A stretch of DNA of 64,000 nucleotides from Antedon mediterranea (lineage: Eukaryota; Animalia; Echinodermata), in NCBI RefSeq assembly GCF_964355755.1, contig NC_092679.1, forward strand, positions 14,553,432 to 14,617,431. Direction: 5' to 3'. A program made the position numbers and the translations under genes. This document shows, in pieces, positions 45,410 through 59,255 of the stretch. Position 1 is the first letter of the stretch. Each line of letters opens with the position of its first letter. Under the pieces are notes generated by a model. That model saw nothing but the letters and a program-made list of their open reading frames with translations, was not told where the DNA came from and did not search any database.

Positions 45410-47560
45410 ATCACAATATCAAATATGATCAGTGTAGTCAAAATTTGATAACTTAGCATGAATCTTTTAATATCTACATCATCAATAATTAATATTAATA
45501 TAAATCTACATCACAATGTTGGATATGATCTTTGTAGTCAAAATTTGATAACTGAGCACGCATCTTTTAATAACTACCTTATCAATAACTATTAATAATG
45601 TCCTATATCACAATGTACAGTAGGATATGATCAGTGTTAGTCATAATTTGATAACTGAGCACGCATCTTTTAATATCTACCTCATCAATAATTAATATTA
45701 ATATCATATATCACATTGTTCGATATGATCAGTGAAGTCAGAATTTGATAACTGAGCACGCATCTTTTAATATATACCTTATCAATGACTATTAATAATA
45801 TCCTATATCACAATGTTGGATATGATTAGTGATTAGATAAATGAGCACGCATCTTTCAATATCTATTTCATCAATAATTATTTGTATTTTGTATTTGTAT
45901 TTTTGTATTTGTATTATAATAATTATTATTAATAATTTATATCACATTGTTCGATATGATCAGTGTAGTCATATTTGATAACTGAGCACGCCTCTTTCAA
46001 TATCTATTTCATCAATAATTATTTGTATTTTGTATTTGTATTTTTGTATTTGTACTGTATTATAATAATTATTATTAATAATTTATATCACATTGTTCGA
46101 TATGATCAGTGTAGTCATAATTTGATAACTGAGCACGCATCTTTCAATATCTATTTCATCAATAATTATTTGTATTTTGTATTTGTATTTTTGTATTTGT
46201 ATTATAATAATTATTATTAATAATTTATATCACATTGTTCAATATGATCAGTGTAGTCATAATTTGATAACTGAGCACGCATCTTTCAATATCTATTTCA
46301 TCAATAATTATTTGTATTTTGTATTTGTATTTTGGTATTTGTATTATAATAATTATTATTAATATTATATCACATTGTTGGATATGATCAGTGTAGTCAT
46401 AATTTGATAACTGAGCACGCATCTTTCAATATCTATTTCATCAATAATTATTTGTATTTTGTATTTGTATTTTTGTATTTGTATTATAATAATTATTATT
46501 AATAATTTATATCACATTGTTCGATATGATCAGTGTAGTCATAATTTGATAACTGAGCACGCATCTTTCAATATCTATTTCATCAATAATTATTATTAAT
46601 AATTTATATCACATTGCTGGATATGATCAGTGTAGTCATAATTTGATAACTGAGCATACATCTTTAAAAATCTACCTCATTAATAATTAATATTAATAAT
46701 CTATATCACACTGTTGGATATGATCTGTTTAGTTTTTTAATATCTACCTTATCAATAACTATTAATAATATCCTATATCACAATGTTGGATATGATCAGT
46801 GTAGTCATAGTTTGATAACTGTGAGCATACATATTTTAATATCTACCTCATCAATAATTATTATTAATAATCTATATCACAATGTTGGATATGATTAGTG
46901 TAGTCATAATTTGATAACTGAGCACGCATCTTTCAATATCTATTTCATCAATAATTATTATTAATAATTTATATCACATTGTTGGATATGATCAGTGTAG
47001 TCATACAGTAATTTGATAACTGAGCAAAAATCTTTTAATATCTACCTCATCAATAATTAATATTAATAATCTATATCACATTGTTCGATATGATCAGTGT
47101 AGTCATAATTTGATAACTGAGCACGCATCTTTCAATATCTACCTCATCAATAATTAATATTAATATCATATATCACATTGTTCGATATGATCAGTGTAGT
47201 CATAATTTGATAACTGAGCACGCATCTTTTAAAATCTACCTCATCAATAATTAATATTAATAATCATATCGCATTGTTCAATATGATCAGTGTAGTCATA
47301 AATTGATAACTGAGCAAAAATCTTTTAATATCTGCATCATCAATTAATATTAATAATCTATATCAAACTGTTGGATATGATCTGTTTAGTTTTTTAATAT
47401 CTACCTTTTCCAAAATAATATTCTATATCACAATGTTGGATATGATCAGTGTAATCATAGTTTGAACTACCTCAACAATAATTAATATTAATTGTCTATA
47501 TACCAATATCAAATATCAGTGTAGGCCTAGTCATTTGATAACTGAGCATGCATCATTTTA
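45410..47560 (-). repeat. Satellite A, left array (97-bp monomer, ~142-bp variants with a TTTGTAT expansion)
   Basis: Tandem GATATGATCAGTGTAGTCATAATTTGATAACTGAGCACGCATC...; reverse complement of the 49850-54312 monomer; more diverged. Confidence 0.95.
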
Positions 47561-47649
47561 TATCTGCTTCAAATATTAATATTGTCCGAATATAATAAGT
47601 GGTTTGAAGGATTTTTGCAGATGGCCTTTTTTGCATTGTAAAGTTTACA

Positions 47650-49110
47650 CTTTAAAATCTGTCAATTTATCCAAAAAGGTCAAACTTTGACCTATTTCAA
47701 TAAAATCATTTCATAAGTTGTCTTCTTTTATAGTTTTAGTGATAATCAATATTAAGTGGTTTTTTACCCCAAAAAAGTCAAACCTAGAGCTATTTTAATA
47801 AAATTATTTCATAAATTGTCTTCTTTTATAGTTCTAGTAGTGATATAATCAATATTAAGTGGTTTGGATGATGTTTGTGGGGTGTTTTTTTAAAGTTTGC
47901 ACAGTTTACATGGTAAAATGTGTCAATTTATTCCTAGAGCTATTTCAATAAAATTATTTCATAATCACCCCAAAAATGTCAAACCTAGAACTATTTTAAT
48001 AAAATGATTTCATAAATTGTCTTCTTTTATAGTTCTAGTAGTGGTATAATCAGTATTCAATTGTTTGAATGATGTTTGTGGGGTATTTTTTAAAGTTTGC
48101 ATTAAGTTTACGCAGTTTACATGGTAAAATCTATCAATTATCCAAAATTGACATTTTTCACCCTAAAAAATCAAACCTAGAGCTATTTCAATAAAATGAT
48201 TTCATAAATTGTCCTCTTTTATAGTTCTAATAATGATATAATCAATATTAAGTGGTTTGAATGATGTTTGTGGGTGTTTTTTTAAAGTTTGCATTAAGTT
48301 TACGCAGTTGAAATGGTGAAATCTGTAAATTTATCCAAAATTGGCATTTTCACCCTAAAAAATCAAACTTAGAGCTATTTCTATTAAATTATTTTATAAA
48401 TTGTCCTCTTTTATAGTTCTTGTAGTGCTATAATCAGTATTAAGTGGTTTGAATAATGTTTGTGGGGTGTTTTTTTTAAGTTGGCATTAAGTTTACGCAG
48501 TTTACGTGGTAAAATCTGTAAATTTATCCAAAATTGACATTTTTTACCCAAAAAATTCAAACCTAGAGCTATTTCAATAAAATTATTTCATAAATTGTCC
48601 TCTTTTATAGTTCTTGTAGTGGTATAATCAATATTAAGTGGTTTAGATGATGTTTGTGGGGTGTTTTTTTTAAAGTTTGCACAGTTCACATGGTAAAATC
48701 TGTCAATTTATCCAATATTGACGTTTTCACTCCAAAAAAGTCAAACCTAGAGCTATTTCAATAACATTATTTCATAAATTGTCTTCTTTTATAGTTCTAG
48801 TAGTGCTATAATCAGTATTCAATTGTTTGAATGATGTTTGTGGGGTATTTTTTAAAGTTTGCATTAAGTTTACGCAGTTTAAATGGTAAAATCTGTCAAT
48901 TTATCCAAAAATTGATATTTTTCACCCGAAAAAATCAAACCTAGAGCTATTTCAATAAAATGATTTCATAAATTGTCCTCTTTTATAGTTCTTGTAGTGG
49001 TATAATCAATATTAAGTTGTTTGGATGATGTTTGTGGGTGTTTTTTTAAAGTTTGCATTACGTTTACGCAGTTTAAATGGTAAAATCTGTAAATTTATCC
49101 AAAATTGACA
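47650..49110. repeat. Satellite B, ~185-194 bp monomer, about 7-8 copies
   Basis: AAAC(C/T)TAGA(G/A)CTATTT recurs near 47780, 47981, 48173, 48365, 48559, 48743 and 48937. Confidence 0.92.
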
Positions 49111-49189
49111 TTTAAAAACACGAACTAGGTTGTAAAAAGTGAAGGAAGTCATTATATTTTATTATTGTTTGGTCTACCCATAGTTATAG

Positions 49190-49219
49190 CAGGGAAGAGT
49201 TAAATTTAACTCTTCCCTG
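49190..49219. mobile_element. P-element-like palindromic remnant or excision footprint
   Basis: GTTATAG|CAGGGAAGAGTTAAATTTAACTCTTCCCTG|GTTATAG, a perfect 30-bp palindrome with a 7-bp TSD. Confidence 0.7.
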
Positions 49220-49849
49220 GTTATAGGTAATAAAGGATGCCTATCATAGTCAAATGGCAATAACTGATTAGCCGAGACCAATGACATTTAAAACAACTCC
49301 TACTTAAAATTCCCTACTTATACAGTACAGCAGCTTTTTGATTGGCTGCAAGTTTAGTTTTCTGTTCGTTCATCAGAAATGGTATACATAATTATTAATC
49401 AATAAGATTACTGGATTTCTTTAGTATTTCTGACACATTTCCAATCTTAATTGAATTATTAATGTAATGGAAATTGGTCATAGGCCTATTATAGCAACAT
49501 ATCATTTCTGGAAGAGTATTACGGTCTGTATAGATCGATGTTAAAACACACGTCCTCATTTATCAAATAATTCATTCACTGCACATTTATTCTGTTAAGA
49601 AGAACTGGGACCCTCAATAGAAGCCAAAGCATGTCTCATGATGGCCTCTACAATACATATCAAACATAAAAAGATATGGAATATTTTTATTTTTACAGCG
49701 GCACACGTTCATCATAAACGATGCGTTCTTAAAAGTATAAATTTAAACAGCAAACGGATACAAATCAATAGGGTAATTAGGAACAAAAGAATAACACATT
49801 TTCAAAACCCATCGACTCGATCTCTTGTATACAGTAAATCTAACAAAAT

Positions 49850-52800
49850 CACACTGATCATATCCAACATTAAGTATTAATAATTATTATTGATTAGGTA
49901 GATAATAAAAGATGCGTTATATCAATTTATGAATACACAGATCATATCCAACAATGTGATATAGATTATTAATAATAATTTTTAATGAGGTAGATATTTA
50001 AAGATGCGTGCTCAGTTATCAAATTATGACTACACTGATCATATCCAACAATGTGATATAAGACATTAATAAGAATTATTGATGAAATAGATATTTAAAG
50101 ATGCGTGCTCAGTTATCAAATGACGACTACACTGATCATATCCAACAATGTGATATATGATATTAATATGAATTATTGATGCGGTAGATATTGAAAGATG
50201 CGTGCTCAGTTATCAAATTCTGACTACACTGATCATATCCAACAATGTGATATATGATATTAATATAAATTATTAATGAGGTAGATATTTAAAGATACGT
50301 GATCAGTTATCAAATTCTGACTACACTGATCATATCCAACAATGTGATATATGATATTAATATAAATTATTAATGAGGTAGATATTGAAAGATACGTGAT
50401 CAGTTATCAAATGACGACTACACTGATCATATCCAACAATGTGATATAGATTATTAATATTAATTAATGATGTGGTAGATATTAAAAGATGCGTGCTCAG
50501 TTATCAAATTCTGACTATACTGATCATATCCAACAATGTGATATACGATATTAATATAAATTATTAATGAGGTAGATATTGACAGATACGTGATCAGTTA
50601 TCAAATGACGACTACACTGATCATATCCAACAATGTGATATATGATATTAATATGAATTATTGATGCGGTAGATATTGAAAGACGCGTGCTCAGTTATCA
50701 AATTCTGACTACACAGATCATATCCAACAATGTGATATATGATATTAATATAAATTATTATTGAGGTAGATATTAAAAAATACGTGCTCAGTTATCAAAT
50801 TATGACTACACTGATCATATCCAACAATGTGATATATGATATTAATATTAATTAATGATAAGGTAGATATTGAAAAATACGTGATCAGTTATCAAATGAC
50901 GACTACACTGATCTTATCCAACAATGTGATATATGATATTAATATAAATTATTGATGACGTAGATATTAAAAGATGCGTGCTCAGTTATCAAATTCTGAC
51001 TACACTGATCATATCCAACAATGTGATATATGATATTAATATAAATTATTAATGAGGTAGATATTAAAAGATGCGTGCTCAGTTATCAAATTCTGACTAC
51101 ACTGATCATATCCAACAATGTGATATATGATATTAATATAAATTATTAATGAGGTAGATATTGAAAGATGCGTGCTCAGTTATCAAATTCTGACTACACT
51201 GATCATATCCAACAATGTGATATATGATATTAATATAAATTATTATTGAGGTAGATATTAAAAGATACGTGCATGCTCAGTTATCAAATTCTGACTACAC
51301 TGATCATATCCAACAATGTGATATATGATATTAATATAAATTATTAATGAGGTAGATATTGACAGATACGTGATCAGTTATCAAATGACGACTACACTGA
51401 TCATATCCAACAATGTGATATATGATATTAATATGAATTATTGATGCGGTAGATATTGAAAGACGCGTGCTCAGTTATCAAATTCTGACTACAGAGATCA
51501 TATCCAACAATGTGATATATGATATTAATATAAATTATTATTGAGGTAGATATTAAAAAATACGTGCTCAGTTATCAAATTATTACTACACTGATCATAT
51601 CCAACAATGTGATATATGATATTAATATTAATTAATGATGAGGTAGATATTGAAAGATACGTGATCAGTTATCAAATGACGACTACACTGATCATATCCA
51701 ACAATGTGATATATGATATTAATATAAATTATTATTGAGGTAGATATTAAAAGATACGTGCTCAGTTATCAAATTCTGACTACACTGATCATATCCAACA
51801 ATGTGATATATGATATTAATATAAATTATTAATGAGGTAGATATTAAAAGATACGTGCTCAGTTATCAAATTCTGACTACACTGATCATATCCAACAATG
51901 TGATATATGATATTAATATAAATTATTAATGAGGTAGATATTTAAAGATGCGTGCTCAGTTATCAAATTACGACTACACTGATCATATCCAACAATGTGA
52001 TATATGATATTAATATAAATTATTAATGAGGTAGATATTGAAAGATGCGTGCTCAGTTATCAAATTCTGACTACACTGATCATATCCAACAATGTGATAT
52101 ATGATATTAATATAAATTATTATTGAGGTAGATATTAAAAGATACGTGCTCAGTTATCAAATTCTGACTACACTGATCATATCCAACAATGTGATATATG
52201 ATATTAATATAAATTATTAATGAGGTAGATATTTAAAGATGCGTGCTCAGTTATCAAATCACGACTACACTGATCATATCCAACAATGTGATATATGATA
52301 TTAATATAAATTATTATTGAGGTAGATATTAAAAGATACGTGCTCAGTTATCAATTTCTGACTACACTGATCATATCCAACAATGTGATATATGATATTA
52401 ATATAAATTATTAATGAGGTAGATATTTAAAGATGCGTGCTCAGTTATCAAATTACGACTACACTGATCATATCCAACAATGTGATATATGATATTAATA
52501 TAAATTATAATTGAGGTAGATATTGAAAGATGCGTGCTCAGTTATCAAATTATGACTGCACTCATCATATTCAACAATGTGATATAGGATATTAATAATA
52601 ATTCTTAATGAGGTAGATATTGAAAGATACGTCCTCAGTTATCAAATTCTGACTACACGGATCATATCCAACAATGTGATATATGATATTAATATAAATT
52701 ATTAATGAGGTAGATATTGAAAGATGCGTGCTCAGTTATCAAATTCTGACTACACTGATCATATCCAACAATGTGATATATGATATTAATATAAATTATT

Positions 52801-54312
52801 AATGAGGTAGATATTGACAGATACGTGATCAGTTATCAAATGACGACTACACTGATCATATCCAACAATGTGATATATGATATTAATATAAATTATTAAT
52901 GAGGTAGATATTGACAGATACGTGATCAGTTATCAAATGACGACTACACTGATCCTATCCAACAATGTGATATATGATATTAATATAAATTATTGATGAC
53001 GTAGATATTAAAAGATGCGTGCTCAGTTATCAAATTCTGACTACACTGATCATATCCAACAATGTGATATATGATATTAATATAAATTATTAATGAGGTA
53101 GATATTAAAAGATGCGTGCTCAGTTATCAAATTCTGACTACACTGATCATATCCAACAATGTGATATATGATATTAATATAAATTATTAATGAGGTAGAT
53201 ATTGAAAGATGCGTGCTCAGTTATCAAATTCTGACTACACTGATCATATCCAACAATGTGATATATGATATTAATATAAATTATTAATGAGGTAGATATT
53301 AAAAGATGCGTGCTCAGTTATCAAATTCTGACTACACTGATCATATCCAACAATGTGATATATGATATTAATATAAATTATTATTGAGGTAGATATTAAA
53401 AGATACGTGCTCAGTTATCAAATTCTGACTACACTGATCATATCCAACAATGTGATATATGATATTAATATAAATTATTAATGAGGTAGATATTTAAAGA
53501 TGCGTGCTCAGTTATCAAATTACGACTACACTGATCATATCATCAACAATGTGATATATGATATTAATATAAATTATTAATGAGGTAGATATTTAAAGAT
53601 GCGTGCTCAGTTATCAAATTACGACTACACTGATCATATCATCAACAATGTGATATAGGATATTAATATAAATTATTAATGAGGTAGATATTAAAAGATG
53701 CGTGCTCAGTTATCAAATTCTGACTACACTGATCATATCCAACAATGTGATATATGATATTAATATAAATTATTATTGAGGTAGATATTAAAGGATACGT
53801 GCTCAGTTATCAAATTCTGACTACACTGATCATATCCAACAATGTGATATATGATATTAATATAAATTATTAATGAGGTAGATATTTAAAGATGCGTGCT
53901 CAGTTATCAAATTACGACTACACTGATCATATCCAACAATGTGATATAGATTATTTATATTAATTTTGATGCGGTAGATATTTAAAGATGCGTGCTCAGT
54001 TATCAAATGACGACTACACTGATCATATCCAACAATGTGATATAGATTATTAATAATAATTATTGATGATGTAGATATTAAAAGATACGTGCTCAGTTAT
54101 CAAATTATGACTACACTGATCATATCCAACAATGTGATATATGATATTAATATTAAAATTGATGACGTAGATTCTAAAAGATGCGTGCTCAGTTATCAAA
54201 TTATGACTACACTCATCATATTCAACAACGTGATATAGATTATTAATAATAATTATTGATGAGGTAGATGTGAGATGCGTGCTCAGTTATCAAATTGTAA
54301 CTACACTGATCA
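49850..54312 (+). repeat. Satellite A, right array (97-bp monomer, about 45 copies)
   Basis: CTACACTGATCATATCCAACAATGTGATATATGATATTAATATAAATTATTAATGAGGTAGATATTAAAAGATGCGTGCTCAGTTATCAAATTCTGA, period 97 (e.g. 53041, 53138). Confidence 0.97.
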
Positions 54313-55069
54313 TAATACTGTACACATAGTCCTTATGCAATTAGACATTGATTTAGTAGTACTACATATCATTTGTTAAATTAAGAATGTTGTTTCTGTG
54401 TTATTAAAAAACTTATTGAAATTTTTTAAAGTAAAAATATCAGTATTGATACCTATAAATTTGTATATCATAATAACATGCTTGATATTATAATAATGTG
54501 TTCTTTATTACAACTAAGAAACAATTATGTACGAGGATTATACACACTGATAGCTCTCAGTTATCAAAAAACGACTACACAATATAGCTCAATATAAGTA
54601 TATTGGTTTTCCTAGCGCCCTCTATGGTTTTATATAGTATTTAGCGGCTTCTATAGTTTCATAAAATCTCCCGATATTTCATTTTCCGTTTTATGCAAAT
54701 TCACGAAGGGAGTTGCTAATCCAATTACAACATTCAATGCATCTCGACCTAATATATTTGGATATCAAAATGTCACCTGACCGGTTTTTATAATTTAGTT
54801 ATGGCCATATTTTGTTTTTGCCTGTTCAGTGTTAATTATATTTTCCCATTGGACATTCATGGACAGTGAATTTATGATTTATATTATATTATATATTTTT
54901 TTAAATAATTCTAGTTCATAGATAGGCCTATTCATTTGTAATTAATAATTAATTTTTGTAACATATTTTTATAATGATAGTACGTGCTTCTTGTAATTTT
55001 GTGTGTATTTTTGACGTATTTATTAATTGTTTACGATGACCAAACGAATCTCATAGTTTAGGATAATAT

Positions 55070-55390
55070 ATATTATTATTATTGCCTTTCCGCTGAAAAG
55101 TCTGCCGACATTTCCGCTTGGGCTGCTCCGTAAATCTCTTTTACTAGTTTCTTCCAGTCTGATCTTTCATTGGCTAGTTCTTTAAGTTGTTTCATGTCTT
55201 TCTTTGTTTTCAATTGTCCGGGATACTTAATGTCTGTATTATGCTTATAAAGGGTGAGTAGGTCGTTGCTGAGAGTTATTGGTAGGGTGGTTCTCGGTCT
55301 TCCTCGAAATTTTATATTGGTAGTGTTGCTGACATAATAGGATAATATAGTTTTATTAAATTGAATAACATTGTATGCATTTTCATATTT
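55070..55390 (-). mobile_element. 5'-truncated RTE-like LINE 3' end
   Basis: FRGRPRTTLP...L..D......LKELANERSDWKKLV, then a stop and a (TAA)n tail, the typical RTE-clade ORF C-terminus. Confidence 0.7.
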
Positions 55391-55589
55391 TACCTTCAAT
55401 GTATTTGTTTTATATGAAACTACATTTATTGAATTAGATGCAAATAGTATGGTAGCTAATTTACGCCATAATCTTGTTTTGCCATATATTGTACTGTAGT
55501 ATAGGATTTAGTATAACCAAAATTTAAAGTTCTTTGATCCGATCAAAACTTTGTATGCTCTCTTATCATCGATCCTCCTCTTCTAAAAC

Positions 55590-55779
55590 AGCTTTAGCGC
55601 CCTCACTTTTTTTATTGAACGACACCACGACACGTGGTGATGTTACGTCAACTCAATCAACCGTTCATTTTCATACTTTTTATGTAAACACAGACTCTTC
55701 TTTGTTGTCAATTTTGTTGACACTTGATACACAGACAGAAATTACCGTAGGCCTACATTGAACAAATTAATTTAAAAAT
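55590..55779 (+). promoter_or_regulatory. Probable TMEM229B promoter and non-coding first exon
   Basis: E-box CACGTG (55631) and CRE/PAR-like TTACGTCA (55643); donor AAT|GTAAGT at 55780 pairs with the acceptor at 56048. Confidence 0.5.
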
Positions 55780-56048
55780 GTAAGTATTATTTCTGAATTA
55801 AACATTTTTAAATGGTTTAAAAATTAAAAAACTAAGCTAGGCCTAGGCAGGCCTGTCTTTTTATTTATTATTAGGACTCAGGATAGGCTTACTTTAGCGA
55901 CGAGGCCTAGTAGCATAGCTAGCTAGAGGCCTCCTACTGTACCTAGCTAATTGGATTGGGGCAAAGGATGCCTGATAGTTGATGATCTTTAATGATGAGC
56001 TGCAAAAGATCTAGGAGTGTTAATGATAATAATATTTATTTTCTATAG

Positions 56049-56624
<576 letters not shown>

Positions 56625-56989
56625 ACTTAGACTGCCAATACCTCATATCTTAAACCTTGCTGTTTGTTATACTTCCTTCAGGTTGGACTGAAAAATAGTA
56701 GTAAATGAGTAATTTAGTGTGAGTTTTATACACAGTATATTGTAAATTATAAGGCTAAAATTGTGTTAAAGAGTATTCCAGTATATTATTGTTATATCAA
56801 AGCTAATGTGGGATACAATTCATAGAATGCTGTTATATTCGGCTTTTGATATGGCAAGCTGACAAGCTCTATAAGAACTGCTGTAAAAATGTATTGATAA
56901 GCATAGATATGTGTGCTAAGTGTACAGGGTACCTCACCTAACGTGTTGCAGCCAATATCTTAATTTCAATTCGCTATTTGTTTTTATTT

Positions 56990-57145
56990 CAACACTCCTA
57001 ACAACAAGCCAATTACTCGCAAATTAACGGATGGGATACAACAAATGCTTTCACAATAGTAAAACAGTCCTGTTACTAGATGACAGAGCTAGGATTTGAA
57101 CCTAGGAACACGGATTAGTAAGCAAGCATGTTAACCACGAAACCT
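56990..57145 (-). mobile_element. tRNA-derived SINE fragment
   Basis: Minus strand has an A-box-like TCGTGGTTAACATG and a B-box GGTTCAAATCC at tRNA-like spacing; no cloverleaf acceptor stem. Confidence 0.55.
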
Positions 57146-58890
57146 AGTATCACTTTCAAAAAGCCTTAGCTGCTGTAATTTGGACAAACAATGAACAACT
57201 GTTCACTACATTTTTAACATGAGAAGAATCTGTTTATCAGTGATGGATCTAGCCACAGAAGGTAGAAGTTCTAAACATTTTGAAAGGTAAACTTCAACCA
57301 GCATTGGATCCCAAATTTTGAAATAGGATGAGCTTCAAATTTTAAGATGAAGTGCTGAAAGTTAATTGCATTGCAATTTTCAAAAATTAGCAAGGCTGAC
57401 TGATACAGGGGAATGGTATATTTTTTCAGAATTTGTTTACTGTATTAACATTAACCTTGCACAGTGGAACTGTCATCCCAGATTATTAGCCTATAAAATT
57501 CTCTTGGTGCAGACAAGAGAATACCAATGGTTTTTGGAGGGTAAACATTGCGCTGATGATCCACTGAAAAAAAAATAGCCCAGCCTAGGGTTTCCCCTTT
57601 ATAACGCGCACACGCATGTCAATGTGTTTCCATCACAGTTAAGTTACGATTCGATACAAAACAGCCCGCCACCTCGGCCCCACCATGGCTGAGGTAAGAA
57701 CATTTTATGATGAACCTGTAGGGTATCGCCCACTGTATTGTGCATCTATTGGTTTTAAAGGTTATGCAATCAATTATGTTCCCTTTTGAATTATGCATAC
57801 CATGATATTTCAACATGCATTTCACATTAATATTATACTTACAACAATTATTAGACATTGCTTTGTAAAGGCATACAGTATAATGTTTCTTGATTGAAAT
57901 ACACAGATTTGGCATTCATTATTGCATTACACTGATTTATTCCCCATAATAAGATTTTACAATAATCAAACAGCATTCATTAAAGATATTCATTGAAAAA
58001 GATATTTTTAAAATGGCATTGCTCATTTTAAAGTATAATTGAAATTAATAACTTCAAATTAGACAATATTATTGATTTATTTAAGCACAATGCCAAGGTA
58101 AGCCAGTCAATAGCAATTTTGTATTCACTGTCCAAATGTATGTGACAATCCAAAGAACAAACAGACTTTTTTGGTTTTAAATTTGGATTCTAAAAACACT
58201 CTGGGTATTAAGCAAACAATTGGTACAGCACATCTTAAAACTGTTGTTTCAACTTTACGTGTAGAAACCAGAGGTCCATGGTTTAGGAACCCTAAGTGGC
58301 CCTCCAACGTTTTTTTTCCCTGTTTGGCCCCATAAACTCCAGGGCCCCTGGGTGTAGCCACTAGCAGTGATATGTTTTCCTCCCCAGACATTTCCATTGT
58401 ATTAAGGAGGTTGCTCAGCCTCCCTCCTGTGAAAATAATATTGAAAATTATCATTTTATTTTATTAGTTTACCAGTTTCAGATGGAAAATTTATTCATAC
58501 ATGAATCTATAACAATTACCTTGACATTTTCCATTTTAAGTTAAATTTAAATGAATCTTTTGTCATTTTATGTGATTCCACATTTTACAGTTACCTTTCT
58601 TTGGAAGGAGGCTATCCTATAAAACTTGTAAAGTCTAAAACCCTTAAGGGTTTGTTGAGTCCTAATGTTGTCCCTTTCATAAGTACTGTATTTAATTTAG
58701 CTGCTTATGTTTGCAATATCAATATTATTTTAACTTGATTTATGTACTATAATTAGTACTGTAGTAATTATGAGACTTCATATTACAAATGTAACCTATA
58801 TGCTCTTTCATTAGTAGAACAAGAATATTTTAATTATTACAAGTTATTTTTAACAACTGTACTCTATATAATATGGAGGAATTAGTTTAA

Positions 58891-59025
58891 AGCTCTGTTT
58901 ACACTATCAAAGTGTATGTGACAAAAATGGTAGCGATGGCCAAATATGGTAGTAATATGACATCATCAAGTCTATATGTGGGCACATACATCACATTTTT
59001 TTGTCGCATAAAGTTTGATAGTGTA
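58891..59025. mobile_element. AGCTCTGTCTACACT MITE family copy
   Basis: AGCTCTGTTTACACTATCAAAG ... TTTGATAGTGTA with the same internal core. Confidence 0.65.
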
Positions 59026-59255
59026 ATAAACAACAAACGAAAATATTTTGACATAAATTTCAACCGAATGAATGACAAAACCAACCTTTCAAATTTAATT
59101 ACACTATTGTGAAAGACGAGATAATATTTTCAAAATGAAACCCAGATCTTTATTTTTATGTTTTTGATTTAAATCAAAATTTTAATTTAATTTTATGTGT
59201 GTATGTTAATAATATCAATAATTAATATTTTCTTGCTCTATATATACAGCAGATA

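Noticed and set aside
49850-54312. Satellite as a CRISPR-like or coding array
   Set aside because: Monomers differ only by point variants, with no spacer diversity and no open frame.
57080-57145. Possible tRNA gene
   Set aside because: A and B boxes are present but there is no acceptor stem or cloverleaf; better explained as a SINE head.
58125-58454. 109-aa minus-strand ORF with an acceptor-like site near 58428
   Set aside because: No recognisable domain, it runs into MITE-like GGGCCC sequence, and no partner exons were found.
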